A stretch of DNA of 64,000 bases from an uncultured Verrucomicrobiae bacterium (GCA_963815455.1 CAWFGO010000001.1:384001-448000), one strand, 5' to 3'; shown: positions 1 through 11,716, counted from the stretch's first letter. Notes: generated by a model from the sequence alone, not told the origin. Numbers and translations: made by a program.

Positions 1-161
<161 letters not shown>

Positions 162-167
162 TGATTC

Positions 168-215
168 TGTAGCCGGGGGCGCCGACCCCGGCTGCGGTCA
201 ACGCCCGCGGCTACA
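168..215. repeat. GTAG-type REP-like palindrome (family A)
   Basis: TGTAGCCG...CGGCTACA inverted ends with an internal hairpin, in the dapB-folK spacer. Confidence 0.75.
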
Positions 216-218
216 ACA

Positions 219-722
219 ATGAGAATTGGCGTCGCGCTGGGGTCGAATCTTGGCGATCCTATGGCAAATTTGCGGACCGCGCGAAAAGCGCTCTCCCATC
301 TTGCCGGCGTGACACCGCCGATTCTTTGCTCTCCGATTTACGAAACGGACCCGGTCGATTGCGAACCGAGCGCGGGAAAATTTTTGAACGCTGCGATCGA
401 GTTCGGTTACGAGGGAGATTTACTCGAACTTCTGGGAAAAATCCGGGAAATCGAAACCGCCCTGGGCCGGCCGGCCGATCATCCGCGCTATGTTTCGCGC
501 AAGATCGACATCGACCTTCTTTATGCGGACGACACGACGTTCGATAGCCCTCAATTGCAGTTGCCGCATCCGCGGATGCATGAGCGAAAATTCGTTCTTC
601 AACCGCTGGCCGACATTCGGTCAGATTTGATCTTACCGGACCAAACCAAGACCGTTCACGAGTTGCTCGCGCAACTTGGGGATTCGAGTAAAGTGGTGCG
701 CACCGACTGGAAACTGGAATGA
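219..722 (+). CDS. folK: 2-amino-4-hydroxy-6-hydroxymethyldihydropteridine diphosphokinase
   Basis: ALGSNLG, FLNAA, RKIDIDLL and LPHPRMHERKFVLQPL motifs. Confidence 0.95.
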   Translation: MRIGVALGSNLGDPMANLRTARKALSHLAGVTPPILCSPIYETDPVDCEPSAGKFLNAAIEFGYEGDLLELLGKIREIETALGRPADHPRYVSRKIDIDLLYADDTTFDSPQLQLPHPRMHERKFVLQPLADIRSDLILPDQTKTVHELLAQLGDSSKVVRTDWKLE

Positions 723-1492
723 AAGATTTCCGCGAAATGAAACGCCGGGGTGAGCGGATCACGGCGCTGACAGCCTACGATTATCCGACGGCCCGTTTGC
801 TGGACGAGAGCGGGATCGACATCATCCTGGTGGGCGATTCGGTTGGGATGGTCGTGCTCGGTTACGAGAACACGACGCGAGTCACGCTGGAAGAGATGTT
901 GCATCATACGCGGGCTGTAGCTCGCGGAGTGAAACGGGCGTTGCTGGTGGCGGACATGCCGATTCATACTTACGAAACGCCGGAGCAGGCGGTGGCTACG
1001 GCCAGGCGTTTTGTCGATGTTGGCGCGCAGGCGGTAAAACTCGAGGGCGGCACGAATCACGTCGGTCAGATCGAAGCGATCACGCGGGCCGGGATTCCGT
1101 TCATGGGGCACATCGGGATGCTGCCGCAAAGTGTGCGCGAAGAAGGCGGCTACAAAGTTAAGGGACGAACCCAATCGGAGGCCGAAGCGCTAATCGCGGA
1201 TGCTCGCGCAGTTGAAAAGGCCGGCGGGTTTTCCGTGGTCCTGGAAATTGTGGTGGCGGACATCGCGAAACAGATCACCAATGAACTTAGCATCCCGACG
1301 ATCGGGATCGGTTCGGGTGAACATTGCGACGGTCAAATACTGGTCACGCACGATCTGATCGGTCTTTTTCCATGGTTCACGCCGAAGTTTGTTTCACCCG
1401 AAGCGCGGGTAGCCGATGAAATTCGGCGGGCAGCGTCTGCATTTATCGAACGAACGCGAAACGGCAATGCGTTGTCTAACACCCGATCATGA
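719..1492 (+). CDS. panB: 3-methyl-2-oxobutanoate hydroxymethyltransferase
   Basis: LTAYDY, ILVGDS, AVKLEGG, GHIGMLPQ and IGIGSG..CDGQILV motifs. Confidence 0.97.
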   Translation: MKDFREMKRRGERITALTAYDYPTARLLDESGIDIILVGDSVGMVVLGYENTTRVTLEEMLHHTRAVARGVKRALLVADMPIHTYETPEQAVATARRFVDVGAQAVKLEGGTNHVGQIEAITRAGIPFMGHIGMLPQSVREEGGYKVKGRTQSEAEALIADARAVEKAGGFSVVLEIVVADIAKQITNELSIPTIGIGSGEHCDGQILVTHDLIGLFPWFTPKFVSPEARVADEIRRAASAFIERTRNGNALSNTRS

Positions 1493-2553
1493 AGGCCCAC
1501 GAGTTCGACGATTTGGAATTTGAAGCGCTTCTGACCGGTAGCAGACAGCGCAACTGGGTTTTTTTCGCGCTAATGGTCTCGCTGGCGCTGCATCTGGCGC
1601 TCTGTTTTTGGTTTTATCGGACGCAGTTCCAATCGGCCGAGGCTTTGTTCGCCGATCATCCTCAGCCGCCGACTTTCAAGGTCAGGAGTGTGGACCTGAA
1701 CCCGAGCATCGACAAGAACAGTGTCGATCAAACCAACACCGCGGCGAAACCCGAGCCGGACAACACCGACGTGCAATTGCCGGATGAGAAAAGATCGTTC
1801 GACAAACTTTTGCAGGAAATCCAGGCCAGCACCGCGATGCCGGATGAGACAAACGATGTCTTGCCGGACAAGCCGAAAGTGGAGCAACCGGATGTCACTT
1901 CTGTGCTCAGCGAGATCGAAAGGAGCAGCGCCCAGGTTCTTTCCAACAGCCCGAACGCGACGCACGAACAATCATTGCTTAACGACACCGCGGTTTCGGG
2001 CCGGCCGCAGCCGGCTCTGGACGGAAACGAGCTGGCCACGAGCACCACGATTAAACGGCCAAATACATTTACCAGCAAACTGCCCGCGGACAGCGCCGGG
2101 CCGAACAAGGGACGGGCGCCGGGATTCAGCGATCTCGATCAATTGCTCTCGCAGAAGGGTCCCCTCGGTTCGGGGACGAAGTTACGAATGCCGGACGATC
2201 AACTTTTTCAATACGACAGCGCGGATTTGCAGTCGAGCGCGATGTGGCAATTGCAAAAGCTCGGCACGTTGATCAAACGCAATCCGAAAGCGACGTTCAC
2301 GGTAGAAGGTTACACCGACTCGTTTGGCCCGCCGGATTACAATCTGGAGTTAAGCCAGCGCCGGGCCGAGGGCGTAAAGGCTTATCTGGTCAACGTGATG
2401 GGGATTAATCCGGCGCAAATCGAAACGCATGGTTACGGGCAATCAAAATTTATCGTCCCGCCTAATCCGAATGCCGGGGAAACCGATGCCGAGATCGCGC
2501 GGCAACAACCGAATCGGCGAGTCGAAATCGTGGTCCACACGAACGAGCGATGA
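1489..2553 (+). CDS. membrane-anchored OmpA/MotB C-terminal domain protein
   Basis: N-terminal TM helix, low-complexity linker, then VEGYTDS...YNLELSQRRAEGV...NRRVEI peptidoglycan-binding motif. Confidence 0.9.
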   Translation: MKAHEFDDLEFEALLTGSRQRNWVFFALMVSLALHLALCFWFYRTQFQSAEALFADHPQPPTFKVRSVDLNPSIDKNSVDQTNTAAKPEPDNTDVQLPDEKRSFDKLLQEIQASTAMPDETNDVLPDKPKVEQPDVTSVLSEIERSSAQVLSNSPNATHEQSLLNDTAVSGRPQPALDGNELATSTTIKRPNTFTSKLPADSAGPNKGRAPGFSDLDQLLSQKGPLGSGTKLRMPDDQLFQYDSADLQSSAMWQLQKLGTLIKRNPKATFTVEGYTDSFGPPDYNLELSQRRAEGVKAYLVNVMGINPAQIETHGYGQSKFIVPPNPNAGETDAEIARQQPNRRVEIVVHTNER

Positions 2554-2554
2554 C

Positions 2555-2631
2555 TCTGTAGCGGCGGTCTCCGACCGTCGCTCGAATGCCCAAAAGAAAA
2601 AAATGCGACGGTCAGAGACCGCCGCTACAGA
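2555..2631. repeat. GTAG-type REP doublet (family A), probable terminator between convergent genes
   Basis: TCTGTAGCGGCGGTCTCCGACCGTCG / CGACGGTCAGAGACCGCCGCTACAGA near-perfect inverted repeat. Confidence 0.85.
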
Positions 2632-2634
2632 TTC

Positions 2635-3261
2635 CTACCAGTTTTTGATCCACTGATTTTGATCGTCGGGCGGATTTGCGTTCGCGGTGCTCCAGAGATC
2701 GAACGTTGGATTGTATCCGCCGGCACCGCCTGCGGCCTTCATTGTCGAATAACCGTAACTGTTCCCAAACGCGTCGCGCAAATAATCTATCGTGTTCGCG
2801 GCGGATGGAGGCTGGGTCATGTCGCGCCTGCCTAACGTAGCTGGTTTGAACTGCATATAAGAACGCTTGTTCGGATCCAGGCCACCGTCGAGGTGCGGAT
2901 CCCCCGAGAGTTCCATATAAAGAAATTGCGAAGCACTTTTGTACGCGGTCCAATTGATCGTTCCACGAGCATCGAGAGTATCCGTCTTAACGGGATCTTG
3001 CGGATAAGCGCCATTATCGGCCTTATAATTTTCCAGCGCGGCAGACATGGCGGCGATTTCGGCCTCGGCACGAGAGCGCGCGCCCTTTTTTTGCACATAC
3101 CCGCTGGTGGCGAGAATCAACCCTCCCAGCACAGCGATAATCGTGATGACCACGAGCAGCTCCATGATGGTAAACGCAGATGTAGTGGCGGGCGTGTCGT
3201 CCGCAATTCCGGCGATTTTGCGGCCGACACGGCCGCCTCTACAACTTCCACGGCGGGTCAC
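2635..3261 (-). CDS. prepilin/pseudopilin (GspG-like) with N-terminal methylation motif
   Basis: AFTIMELLVVITIIAVLGGL motif; ALENYKADNGAYP; DAFGNSYGY...FDLWS. Confidence 0.9.
   Translation of the reverse strand: MTRRGSCRGGRVGRKIAGIADDTPATTSAFTIMELLVVITIIAVLGGLILATSGYVQKKGARSRAEAEIAAMSAALENYKADNGAYPQDPVKTDTLDARGTINWTAYKSASQFLYMELSGDPHLDGGLDPNKRSYMQFKPATLGRRDMTQPPSAANTIDYLRDAFGNSYGYSTMKAAGGAGGYNPTFDLWSTANANPPDDQNQWIKNW
3181..3243. repeat. family A palindrome inside the prepilin leader
   Basis: TGTAGTGGCGGGCGTGTCG...CGACACGGCCGCCTCTACA, similar to the copies at 49269 and 50998. Confidence 0.8.
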
Positions 3262-4550
3262 GTTTGCTGTTGCAGGCTGCTGATGATGCTGATGAGCGGC
3301 ATGAAAAGCGCAATCACGATCGTGCCGACCACGAGGGCGAGGAAAACGATCATGATCGGCTCCAGCATGGAGGTGAGCGCAGCCACGGAATTATCCACTT
3401 CGTCGTCGTAGACATCGGCAATTTTCAAGAGCATGTCCGGCAGCCGGCCGGTTTCCTCGCCGACGTCGATCATACTGATGACCATCGGCGGAAATGCGCC
3501 GCTGGCTTCGAGCGGTTGCACAATCGATTCTCCTTCCTTTACGCTGTCGTGCACTTGCGAGATCGCGCTGGCGATTTCGGCGTTACCCGCGGTCGCACGC
3601 GTGATGTTGAGCGCCTGCAGGATCGGCACACCGCTGGTGACCAGCGTGCCCAGCGTGCGCGAGAAACGGGAGATCGCCGTCTTGCGCAGCAGATCGCCAA
3701 AAAGCGGGACCCGCAGTTTGAAACGATCGATCGCCGCTCTTCCGCCCGGTTTGCGGGCGACAAACTTGTAGGCCGCAACCACCACGATGACCAGGCCGAG
3801 AATAATCAGGCCATGATTTTTTACGGCATTGCTCGCACCGATCACGAAAAGCGTGATGGCCGGCAGCGGTTTGTCGCCGAGCATGTCGTGAAAAATGGCC
3901 TCGAACTTCGGCACAATGAAGACGAGCAGGAAAGACAAGATCGCCACCGCCATGATCAAAACGATGATCGGATATACCATTGCCGAAACGACCTTGTTCT
4001 TGATTTTGGTCGCCTTTTCCTGGAACTCGGCCAGCCGGTTGAGAACCACTTCGAGCACGCCGCCCAACTCGCCCGCTCTTACCATGTTGACGTAAAGATC
4101 GTTAAAGATCAGCGGATGCTGGGCAAGAGTGTCGGAAAAAGTGTTCCCGCTTTGAACCGAGTCGGCCAGCTTGTCGATGGTGCTCTTCAAAACCTTGTCG
4201 CGTTCCTGTTTGCTGAGAACATTGAGACCGCGCAAGAGCGGCAGGCCGGAATCGATCAGGGTGGCCAATTGCCGGGTAAAGATCATCAGGAGCTTGGGCT
4301 TGATTTTCTTGCGCTGGAACAGCTTGATCTCCATGCGCGCTCCCCTTGCCCGCGGCGCCCGGGCCGCTTTAGCCGCTTTGGCCATCGTCTTGCCATCCGG
4401 CCCGCCGCCCTTGCCCTCTTCATAAACACTGGTCGGGAAATAACCGGCCTGACGCAGTTGACCGATCGCCTCGTTGGTCGAGCCAGCCTCCACTAATCCG
4501 GTCGACTCCTGCCCGCGCGAATCGAGAGCGACGTAAGTAAAACGCGGCAT
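3258..4550 (-). CDS. pilC: type IV pilus/T2SS inner-membrane platform protein PilC/GspF
   Basis: Start MPRFTYVALD; FTRQLATLIDSGLPLL, GELGGVLE and GEETGRL T2SSF repeats. Confidence 0.93.
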   Translation of the reverse strand: MPRFTYVALDSRGQESTGLVEAGSTNEAIGQLRQAGYFPTSVYEEGKGGGPDGKTMAKAAKAARAPRARGARMEIKLFQRKKIKPKLLMIFTRQLATLIDSGLPLLRGLNVLSKQERDKVLKSTIDKLADSVQSGNTFSDTLAQHPLIFNDLYVNMVRAGELGGVLEVVLNRLAEFQEKATKIKNKVVSAMVYPIIVLIMAVAILSFLLVFIVPKFEAIFHDMLGDKPLPAITLFVIGASNAVKNHGLIILGLVIVVVAAYKFVARKPGGRAAIDRFKLRVPLFGDLLRKTAISRFSRTLGTLVTSGVPILQALNITRATAGNAEIASAISQVHDSVKEGESIVQPLEASGAFPPMVISMIDVGEETGRLPDMLLKIADVYDDEVDNSVAALTSMLEPIMIVFLALVVGTIVIALFMPLISIISSLQQQT

Positions 4551-4564
4551 GGTCGCTACGCTAA

Positions 4565-4690
4565 AGCTCCAAATCCCAAGTTCCAAGTTCCAAAGAAACT
4601 CCAAATCCCAAGCTCCAAACGACAATCAAGCGCGCAGGTTTGGGATTTGGAGCTTGGGAATTCCTTGGAGCTTGGGTTTTGGGATTTGAG
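4565..4690. repeat. inverted array of degenerate heptamers (CCAAGTT/CCAAATC-like)
   Basis: ccaaatcccaagttccaagttccaaag... followed by the complementary tttgggatttggagcttgggaa... Confidence 0.7.
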
Positions 4691-4700
4691 ATTTTTCTCG

Positions 4701-6387
4701 TCACGTGTATTTCAGTACTTCTTCGATCGTAGTATCTCCCGCAAATATGCTGCGCAATCCGTCCTGACGCAGCGTGACCATGCCGAGCTCGACCGCTTTT
4801 TGTTTCAGGGTCACGGTCGGCGCGCGCTCGTTGATCAATTCGCGGATCGGGTCCGTGATCTTGAGCAATTCGTAAATTCCGATGCGGCCTTTGTACCCGG
4901 TGTGATTGCACGCATCGCAACCTTTGCCGTAATGAAATTCCTTTGCCCCGATGTCGCGCCGCGACAGATCGAGTTGCGCGAGCAGCGCTTCGTTCGGCTT
5001 GTATGTGGTGCGACAATTCGGGCAAATCCGGCGGAGCAATCGTTGCCCGAGGACCGCTTCCAGGGTCGAGGAAATGAGGAACGGCTCGACGCCCATGTCG
5101 ATCATACGGGTCACCGCGCCGGGGGCGTCGTTGGTGTGCAACGTGGTAAAAACGAGATGCCCGGTGAGCGACGCCTGAATGGCAATTTGCGCCGTCTCCA
5201 GATCGCGCGTTTCACCCACCATGATGCGGTCCGGGTCTTGTCGCAAAAACGCGCGCAGCACTCGCGCAAAAGTGAGACCGATGCCTTCGTTCACCGGCAC
5301 CTGCACGATGCCCTCCAGATCGTACTCGACCGGTTCTTCCGCGGTGAGCAATTTGGAATCGATCGTGTTGATCTTGCGCAAACAGGAATAAAGCGTCGTC
5401 GTTTTTCCCGAGCCAGTTGGTCCCGGTGGCGATGAAAATACCGTTCGGCCGCTCGATGACCTCGAGAATGTAAGCGTGGATGTAATCGGGCATGCCGAGC
5501 ATTTCGAGATCGAGATTCACCGTCGAACGATCGAGCACTCGCAACACAACGCTTTCGCCGAACTGAGTCGGCAAAGTCGAAACGCGAAGATCGACTCCGC
5601 GCCCGGCGATACTTTTTTGGATGCGCCCATCCTGGGGCAGGCGTCGCTCGGCGATGTTCATGTTCGCCATGACTTTGACTCGCGAGATGACCGGAAGAGC
5701 CAGATGACGCGGCGGCGGCGACATTTCGTAAAGCGCGCCGTCCACGCGATACCGAATTTTAAATTCGTTTTCGAACGGCTCGAAATGAATATCGCTCGCC
5801 CGGTCCTGGATGGCCTGGTACAAAATAAGATCGACAAACCGAATGATCGGGGTTGCGTTGGCCTCGGCTTCAGAAATGGTGGCGCCGTCGCCTTCGCGCA
5901 ATTGCAAGAGTTCGCCCGCTTCGCCGAGCTGCTTGAGGATGTCCTCCATGCTCGCCGTCTCGGTGCCGTAGTACTGTTTGATCCGTTCTTCGATCTGCTC
6001 GGTCGGCGCGATCACAACATCGACATCTTTGCCAAGAGCAAACCGAAGATCTTCCGCCGTGCGCGGATCGAGCGGATCGACCAGCGCGATGCGCAATGTG
6101 TTGCCACTTAGTCCGATCGGCAGAGCGCGATGCAACCGGGCCAGCCCGCTCGGAATCAAATGCAAAATCTCCTGCGCGATTTCTTTGCCGGTAAGATCGA
6201 CAAATTCGGTGCCGAGCGCGTCGGCGATCGTCTGATAAAACCCGTGTTGATCGACGTAACCGCCGTCGATCATTGCCTGCGCGATCGTCTTGCCGTTCAA
6301 GTCCACTTCGTTCAGCACGTCTTCCGCCTGCGACGGCTGCAGCACGTGCTGCTCGACAAAAAGTTCCGCGACCTGTTTGTCGTTCAT
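4701..6387 (-). CDS. pilB: GspE/PilB family ATPase (frameshift near 5420, probably a sequencing error)
   Basis: [17 protein letters not shown]; Walker A split at ATG(P)[23 protein letters not shown]; Cys4 zinc motif. Confidence 0.9.
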
Positions 6388-6392
6388 AACGC

Positions 6393-8094
6393 TTAGCTCG
6401 CGTCTCCGATCGTCGTGGAAATCACTTCTTCGGCGGAAGTGAGTCCGGCCAGAACTTTGCGCACGCCATCTTCGCGCAACGTGCGCATGCCCAGTTCGCG
6501 AGCGCGTTGCCGCAAGTGCAAAGTCGAGTCGCGTTTGTTAATCATGTGCCGGACTTCATCGTCGATGATGAAAATTTCGAAAATGCCCATCCGTCCTTTG
6601 TAACCGGTCTTGCGACATTGGTCGCAGCCGACCGGTTTCATTACTTGCGCGTCTCGGACCTGGCCCTTCTCGATTCGCAGCGCCCGCAGTTCCGTCTCCG
6701 AAAGTTCGCCCGGTTGTTTGCAGTTGGCGCAAAGTCGCCTGACGAGCCGCTGGGCCATGATCGCCCGCACCGACGAGGCGACCAAAAACGGCTGCACGCC
6801 AATGTCGACCAAACGCGCGACCGCGGAAGGCGCGTCGTTTGTGTGCAACGTGCTGAAAACAAGATGTCCGGTCAGGCTCGCGTTGGTGGCGATGCTCGCC
6901 GTCTCCAGATCGCGAATTTCACCGATCATGATGATGTTCGGCGCCTGGCGCAGCATCGATCGCAACGCCGCCGGAAACGTCATCCCGATCTCCGGATTCA
7001 CCTGCACCTGATTGATCCCGGTCATCTGATATTCGACCGGCTCCTCGACGGTGATGATTTTGCGGTCGGGCTTGTTTACGTAATTCAAACAGGCATACAG
7101 CGTGCTCGTCTTTCCCGAACCCGTCGGACCGGTGACCAGCAGAATTCCGTCCGGCAATTTGATCAGGCGCTCGAACGTTTCCTGATCGTCGCTGAAAAAT
7201 CCGAGCTCCGGCAATCCGAGGAGCAAACTCGATTTGTCCAGCAACCGCATCACCACGCTTTCGCCATGGTTGGTCGGGATGGTCGAAACACGCAGGTCGA
7301 GCGGTTTCTTTCTGATCTTGACCTGGATGCGACCGTCCTGCGGCAAACGCTTTTCGGCGATGCTCATCGAGCCGGTCATGATCTTGATGCGGCTGACAAT
7401 GGCCGACTGCAAACGCTTCGGCGGCGCCTGCATTTCCTGAAGAACGCCATCGATGCGAAAACGGACACGGAATTTTTTGTCGAGCGGTTCGAGATGAATG
7501 TCGCTCGCGCCCAAGCGATGGGCTTCGACCAGTAACATCGACACCATTCGAATGATCGGCGCGTCGGTGGCATCGCCCTCGGCCATTTCCGCGCCTTCGG
7601 CGATCTCGAGGCCAAGATCGACATCGTCGCCGATTTTTTGTCGCAGAATATCGGCCGCTTCATCGGCCGTGCCGTAATACTTGATGAGCGCCTCCCGAAT
7701 TTTCTCCGGGCTGCTGCAAACCAGCTCGATTTCGCGCTGGAGCAAAAAACTGAGGCTGTCGATCGTGTCGATGTCCAGCGGATCGCTTACGGCAACGACC
7801 AGCCCGGTCTCGCCGAAAGCGACCGGAAGCACTTTGAATCGGCGCGCGTCTTCCGCGCGGATCTGTTTGATCACGTCCGGCGGAATGACCATGGAGGAGA
7901 TGTCGATCCAATCCATGTGCGCCTGCGCGGCGAGCGAGCGCGAGACATCGGTGTCCGAAACGACGCCGTCCCTGAATCAGAACATCGACAATCTTCTCGC
8001 CGTTCAGACGTTTGCGCGCGCTCTCGATTTGCTTGCGCGTAACGAGTCCCACGTCCTCGAGGACTTTGAGCACGTAATCTTCGTTGTGTTGCAC
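6393..8094 (-). CDS. second GspE/PilB family ATPase (frameshift near 7973)
   Basis: [36 protein letters not shown]-terminus MQHNEDY lies in another frame. Confidence 0.9.
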
Positions 8095-8253
8095 CTGGGG
8101 AATGATGCCTGAGCGGGGAATTTACTGCAACCTTGCTCGCGAACTGCATGAACATGCCATGGAAAGCAGTGATCTGTATCGAGTGAAGCGCGATCTAACT
8201 GAGAATCGCGATTGGGGACCTCCGGGGAGCGCACGCGCCCAATCCGAGCCGGG

Positions 8254-10127
8254 TCACTCCACGGTCACGCTTTTGGCCAGGTTGCGCGGTTTATCCACGT
8301 CGCGGCCGAGCTCGACCGCCAGATGGTAGGCGAGAAGCTGAAGCGGAACGACGGTAAGGATCGGGATCAGACAATCGGGCACGTCGGGCAGCATGATGAT
8401 ATCGTTCGCGGTCCCTTTGAGCTGCTTTGCGCCGTTGCCACTGGTGACGGCGATGATCGGGCCTTTGCGCGCTTTGACCTGCTCCATGTTGTTCAGATTT
8501 TTGGAAAAAATGGCGTCGTCCGGCGCGATGAAAACCGAGGGAAGATCGGGTCGGACAAGCGCGATGATGCCGTGCTTGAGCTCCGCGCTGGGATGACCTT
8601 CGGCAAAGAGATAGGTGATCTCTTTCATCTTGAGCGCGCCTTCCAGCGCGATGGGAAAATTGAACTGCCGCCCAAAGAAAAGCATGCCGCTAACATCGGC
8701 ATATTTTTTCGCGATCGCCTTGATGTGGTCGCTCAGCTTGAGCACTTCCTCGATTTGTGCCGGCAACGCGTCGAGCGCACCGATGATTCGGCTTCCTTCC
8801 GCGGTCGAAAGATTGCGCATCCGTCCGAGAAGAAGACCGATGAGCGTGAGAATCGCCAAGCTGCGACGTGAACGATTTGGTGGCCGCGACGCCGATCTCG
8901 GGTCCGGCGTGCATGTAAACGCCGCCATCGCTTTCGCGCGCGATGGTGCTGGCGACGTTATTGCAAATTCCGAGCGTGCGATGTCCTTTGCGCCGGCTCT
9001 CGCGCAATGCGCCGAGCGTATCGGCGGTTTCGCCGCTCTGGCTGATCGCGAAGACGAGCGTGTCGTTCGTCATTGGCGTATTGCGATGGCGAAACTCGCT
9101 CGCGTATTCGACTTCGACTGGAATGTTGGCCAGATGCTCGATGAGATATTCGCCGACCATGCCGGCGTGCAGCGCGGTGCCGCAACCGGTAAGCACGATT
9201 CGACCGACGTCGCGCAATTGCTGCGGCGTCATGTTCAAACCGCCGAGTTTGGCCGTGCATTCCTCCAGATTTAAGCGGCCGCGCATCGCGTCCCGCACCG
9301 AGTTCGGTTGCTCAAAGATTTCCTTGAGCATGTAATGCGGGTAATCGCCTTTCTTGATGTCCTCGGCGCTGAATTCGACTTTGCTGACCTGGCGGTCCCC
9401 GGCCTCGCCGGCGACCGAACTGATTTCGAACTTGCCGCGCTCGACGGCCACCACGTCGAAATCGTTCAGGTAAATGGCGTCGCGCGTGTGGGCGACGATT
9501 GCGCTCACGTCGCTGGCCAGAAAATTTTCGTCTTTGCCCACGCCGAGCACGAGCGGACTGCCACGGCGCGCGCCGACGATAAAATCCGGAATGTCGGCGT
9601 GAACCAGCGCGATTCCGTAAGTGCCGATCACTTGCTTCAACGCCGATCGCACGGCGTTGACCAGGCGCGATTTCTTTTGATCGACATCGACCGTGGTCGC
9701 GCACGAGTCGTGTAAAGTTTGCCGATCAGATGGGCGAGAACTTCCGTATCGGTCTCCGAGCGAAAATTCGTGTCGCCGTCTTGAATCAGTTGTTCCTTGA
9801 GCGCCTGATAATTTTCAATCACGCCATTGTGGACGAGGGCGAGCTTGCCGCTGGCATCGAAATGCGGATGCGCATTTTCGTCGGTGACCTTGCCGTGCGT
9901 GGCCCAGCGAGTGTGACTGATTCCAAACGAACCCGGCGGCGGCTTGGCTGCGATCAGTTTGGCGAGCGAGGCGATCCTCCCGGCGCATTTGCGCGTCTCG
10001 ATCTGGTGATGCCGTTGACAATCGCGATGCCGGCCGAATCGTAGCCGCGATATTCGAGGCGGCGCAAGCCATCGAGCAAAATGGGCGCGGCCTCCGCGCG
10101 CCCGACATAACCGACGATTCCGCACAT
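8254..10127 (-). CDS. glmS: glutamine--fructose-6-phosphate transaminase (several frameshifts)
   Basis: MCGIVGY...[40 protein letters not shown] across four frame segments. Confidence 0.95.
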
Positions 10128-10363
10128 ATTTTTGATGTAGCGGCGGGCGAGTCGCCCGCGATCCCGCCATTGTAACGCCGCCACGTCTAGTCGCAAGATT
10201 CGCGCCCGGGGAGAAGGTTTTTCCTAACCGCTCCGGAGATACGCCTCCCAACTCGCCGCGCGCAAAAAAGTTGCCCGAATGCGCAGACGCTGAGTTAATA
10301 CCATTGTGAAAACGCAGGAACTGTTGTGAGCCTCAGCCGACGGATCGACAACGGCGCGAATCT

Positions 10364-11677
10364 TTGGCCGATCCATTTCCGGCGATGCCGGTACCCGCGC
10401 TTCCCCCGGGCACGACGCAGCGCACCCTCGCCATTATCATGGGTGGCGGCGCTGGAACGCGGTTGTTTCCCTTAACGAAGGACCGGGCAAAACCGGCCGT
10501 GCCGCTCGGTGGAAAATATCGCCTGGTCGATATCCCGATCAGCAACTGCCTGAACTCGGGGCTGCGCTCGATTTATGTGCTGACGCAATTCAACACCATG
10601 TCGCTGCATCGACATATTCAGGCGAGTTACAAGTTCGACAATTTTTCCCGCAGCTTTGTCGATATTCTGGCCGCGCAACAAACCCCCGAAGGTTCGCAAT
10701 GGTATCAGGGCACAGCCGATGCCGTCCGGCAAAACATGCGTTATTTTCTCGAGCGCCCATTCGATTACTACCTGATCCTCAGCGGCGATCAGCTTTACCG
10801 AATGGATTTTCGCGCGCTGCTGCATCAGCACATTCGTTCCGGCGCCGATATCACGCTGGCGACCAAGCCGATGCAGCGGGATCAGGTTTCCGAGTTCGGC
10901 ATCATGCGAAGCGAAGCCGACCGGCGCATCACCCGTTTTTTGGAAAAACCGAAGGACGAAGCCGCGATCAGCGAAATGAAAATGAGCCGCGAGCTGCTTC
11001 GGGCCATCGATTCGAACGAGGAGGAGGAGCTATTCCAGGCATCGATGGGAATTTACGTTTTCAATCGCGACGTGCTGGTCAAATGCCTGGACAACGATCT
11101 GGCCGATTTCGGGAAGCACGTGATCCCGCAATCGATCCAGGATCGGCATGTGAGCGCGTACATTTTCAAGGGTTACTGGGAAGATATCGGAACAATCCGC
11201 GCATTTTACGAAGCGAATCTCGACCTGACCGATATCGTGCCCGAATACAGCTTCTTCGAGCCAGACGTTCCAATTTACACGCATCCGCGATTTCTACCGG
11301 GCAGCAAGATCAACGGCGCGACTCTTCGGCAGGCGATCATCTCCGATGGCTGCATCATTTCCGATGCGCATCTGGAGCGCAGCGTGATCGGCATTCGCAG
11401 CATCATCCAGAGCGGCGCGACGATTCGAAACAGCATCGTGATGGGCGCGGATTATTTCGAACTCGCCGGAGGCGATCCGACGCAGCCAGCCATCGGGATT
11501 GGGCGCAACTGCGTAATCGATCGCGCCATCATCGACAAGAACGCGCGGATTGCGGACGGCGTCGTGATTACGCCGGAAGGCAAGCCGGAAAATTTTGACG
11601 CCGAGAATTTTTTCATCCGCGACGGCATCGTCGTGGTGCCGAAAAACGCGGTAGTCCCGGCCGGGTTCTGGATTTAA
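10364..11677 (+). CDS. glgC: glucose-1-phosphate adenylyltransferase
   Basis: GGGAGTRLFPLT..RAKPAVP.GGKYRL, WYQGTADAVRQN, GYWEDIGT; exact start uncertain. Confidence 0.95.
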   Translation: MADPFPAMPVPALPPGTTQRTLAIIMGGGAGTRLFPLTKDRAKPAVPLGGKYRLVDIPISNCLNSGLRSIYVLTQFNTMSLHRHIQASYKFDNFSRSFVDILAAQQTPEGSQWYQGTADAVRQNMRYFLERPFDYYLILSGDQLYRMDFRALLHQHIRSGADITLATKPMQRDQVSEFGIMRSEADRRITRFLEKPKDEAAISEMKMSRELLRAIDSNEEEELFQASMGIYVFNRDVLVKCLDNDLADFGKHVIPQSIQDRHVSAYIFKGYWEDIGTIRAFYEANLDLTDIVPEYSFFEPDVPIYTHPRFLPGSKINGATLRQAIISDGCIISDAHLERSVIGIRSIIQSGATIRNSIVMGADYFELAGGDPTQPAIGIGRNCVIDRAIIDKNARIADGVVITPEGKPENFDAENFFIRDGIVVVPKNAVVPAGFWI

Positions 11678-11716
11678 GGCCGAGTCGCGGCTCGATTACT
11701 ACGCCCCTGTGCGAAA

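Noticed and set aside
4551..4625. N-terminal extension of PilC given in the ORF track (MSFGAWDLEFLWNLELGIWSF)
   Set aside because: It is a translation of the heptamer repeat array; the family-typical start is MPRFTY at 4550.
3264..7535. Long antisense ORFs (e.g. 3264-4496, 6507-7535; also 15388-16350, 50036-51232)
   Set aside because: Shadow ORFs of GC-rich genes on the opposite strand with no recognisable motifs.
10128..10363. glmS ribozyme upstream of glmS
   Set aside because: The short divergent spacer shows no recognisable glmS ribozyme core; a covariance-model search would be needed.
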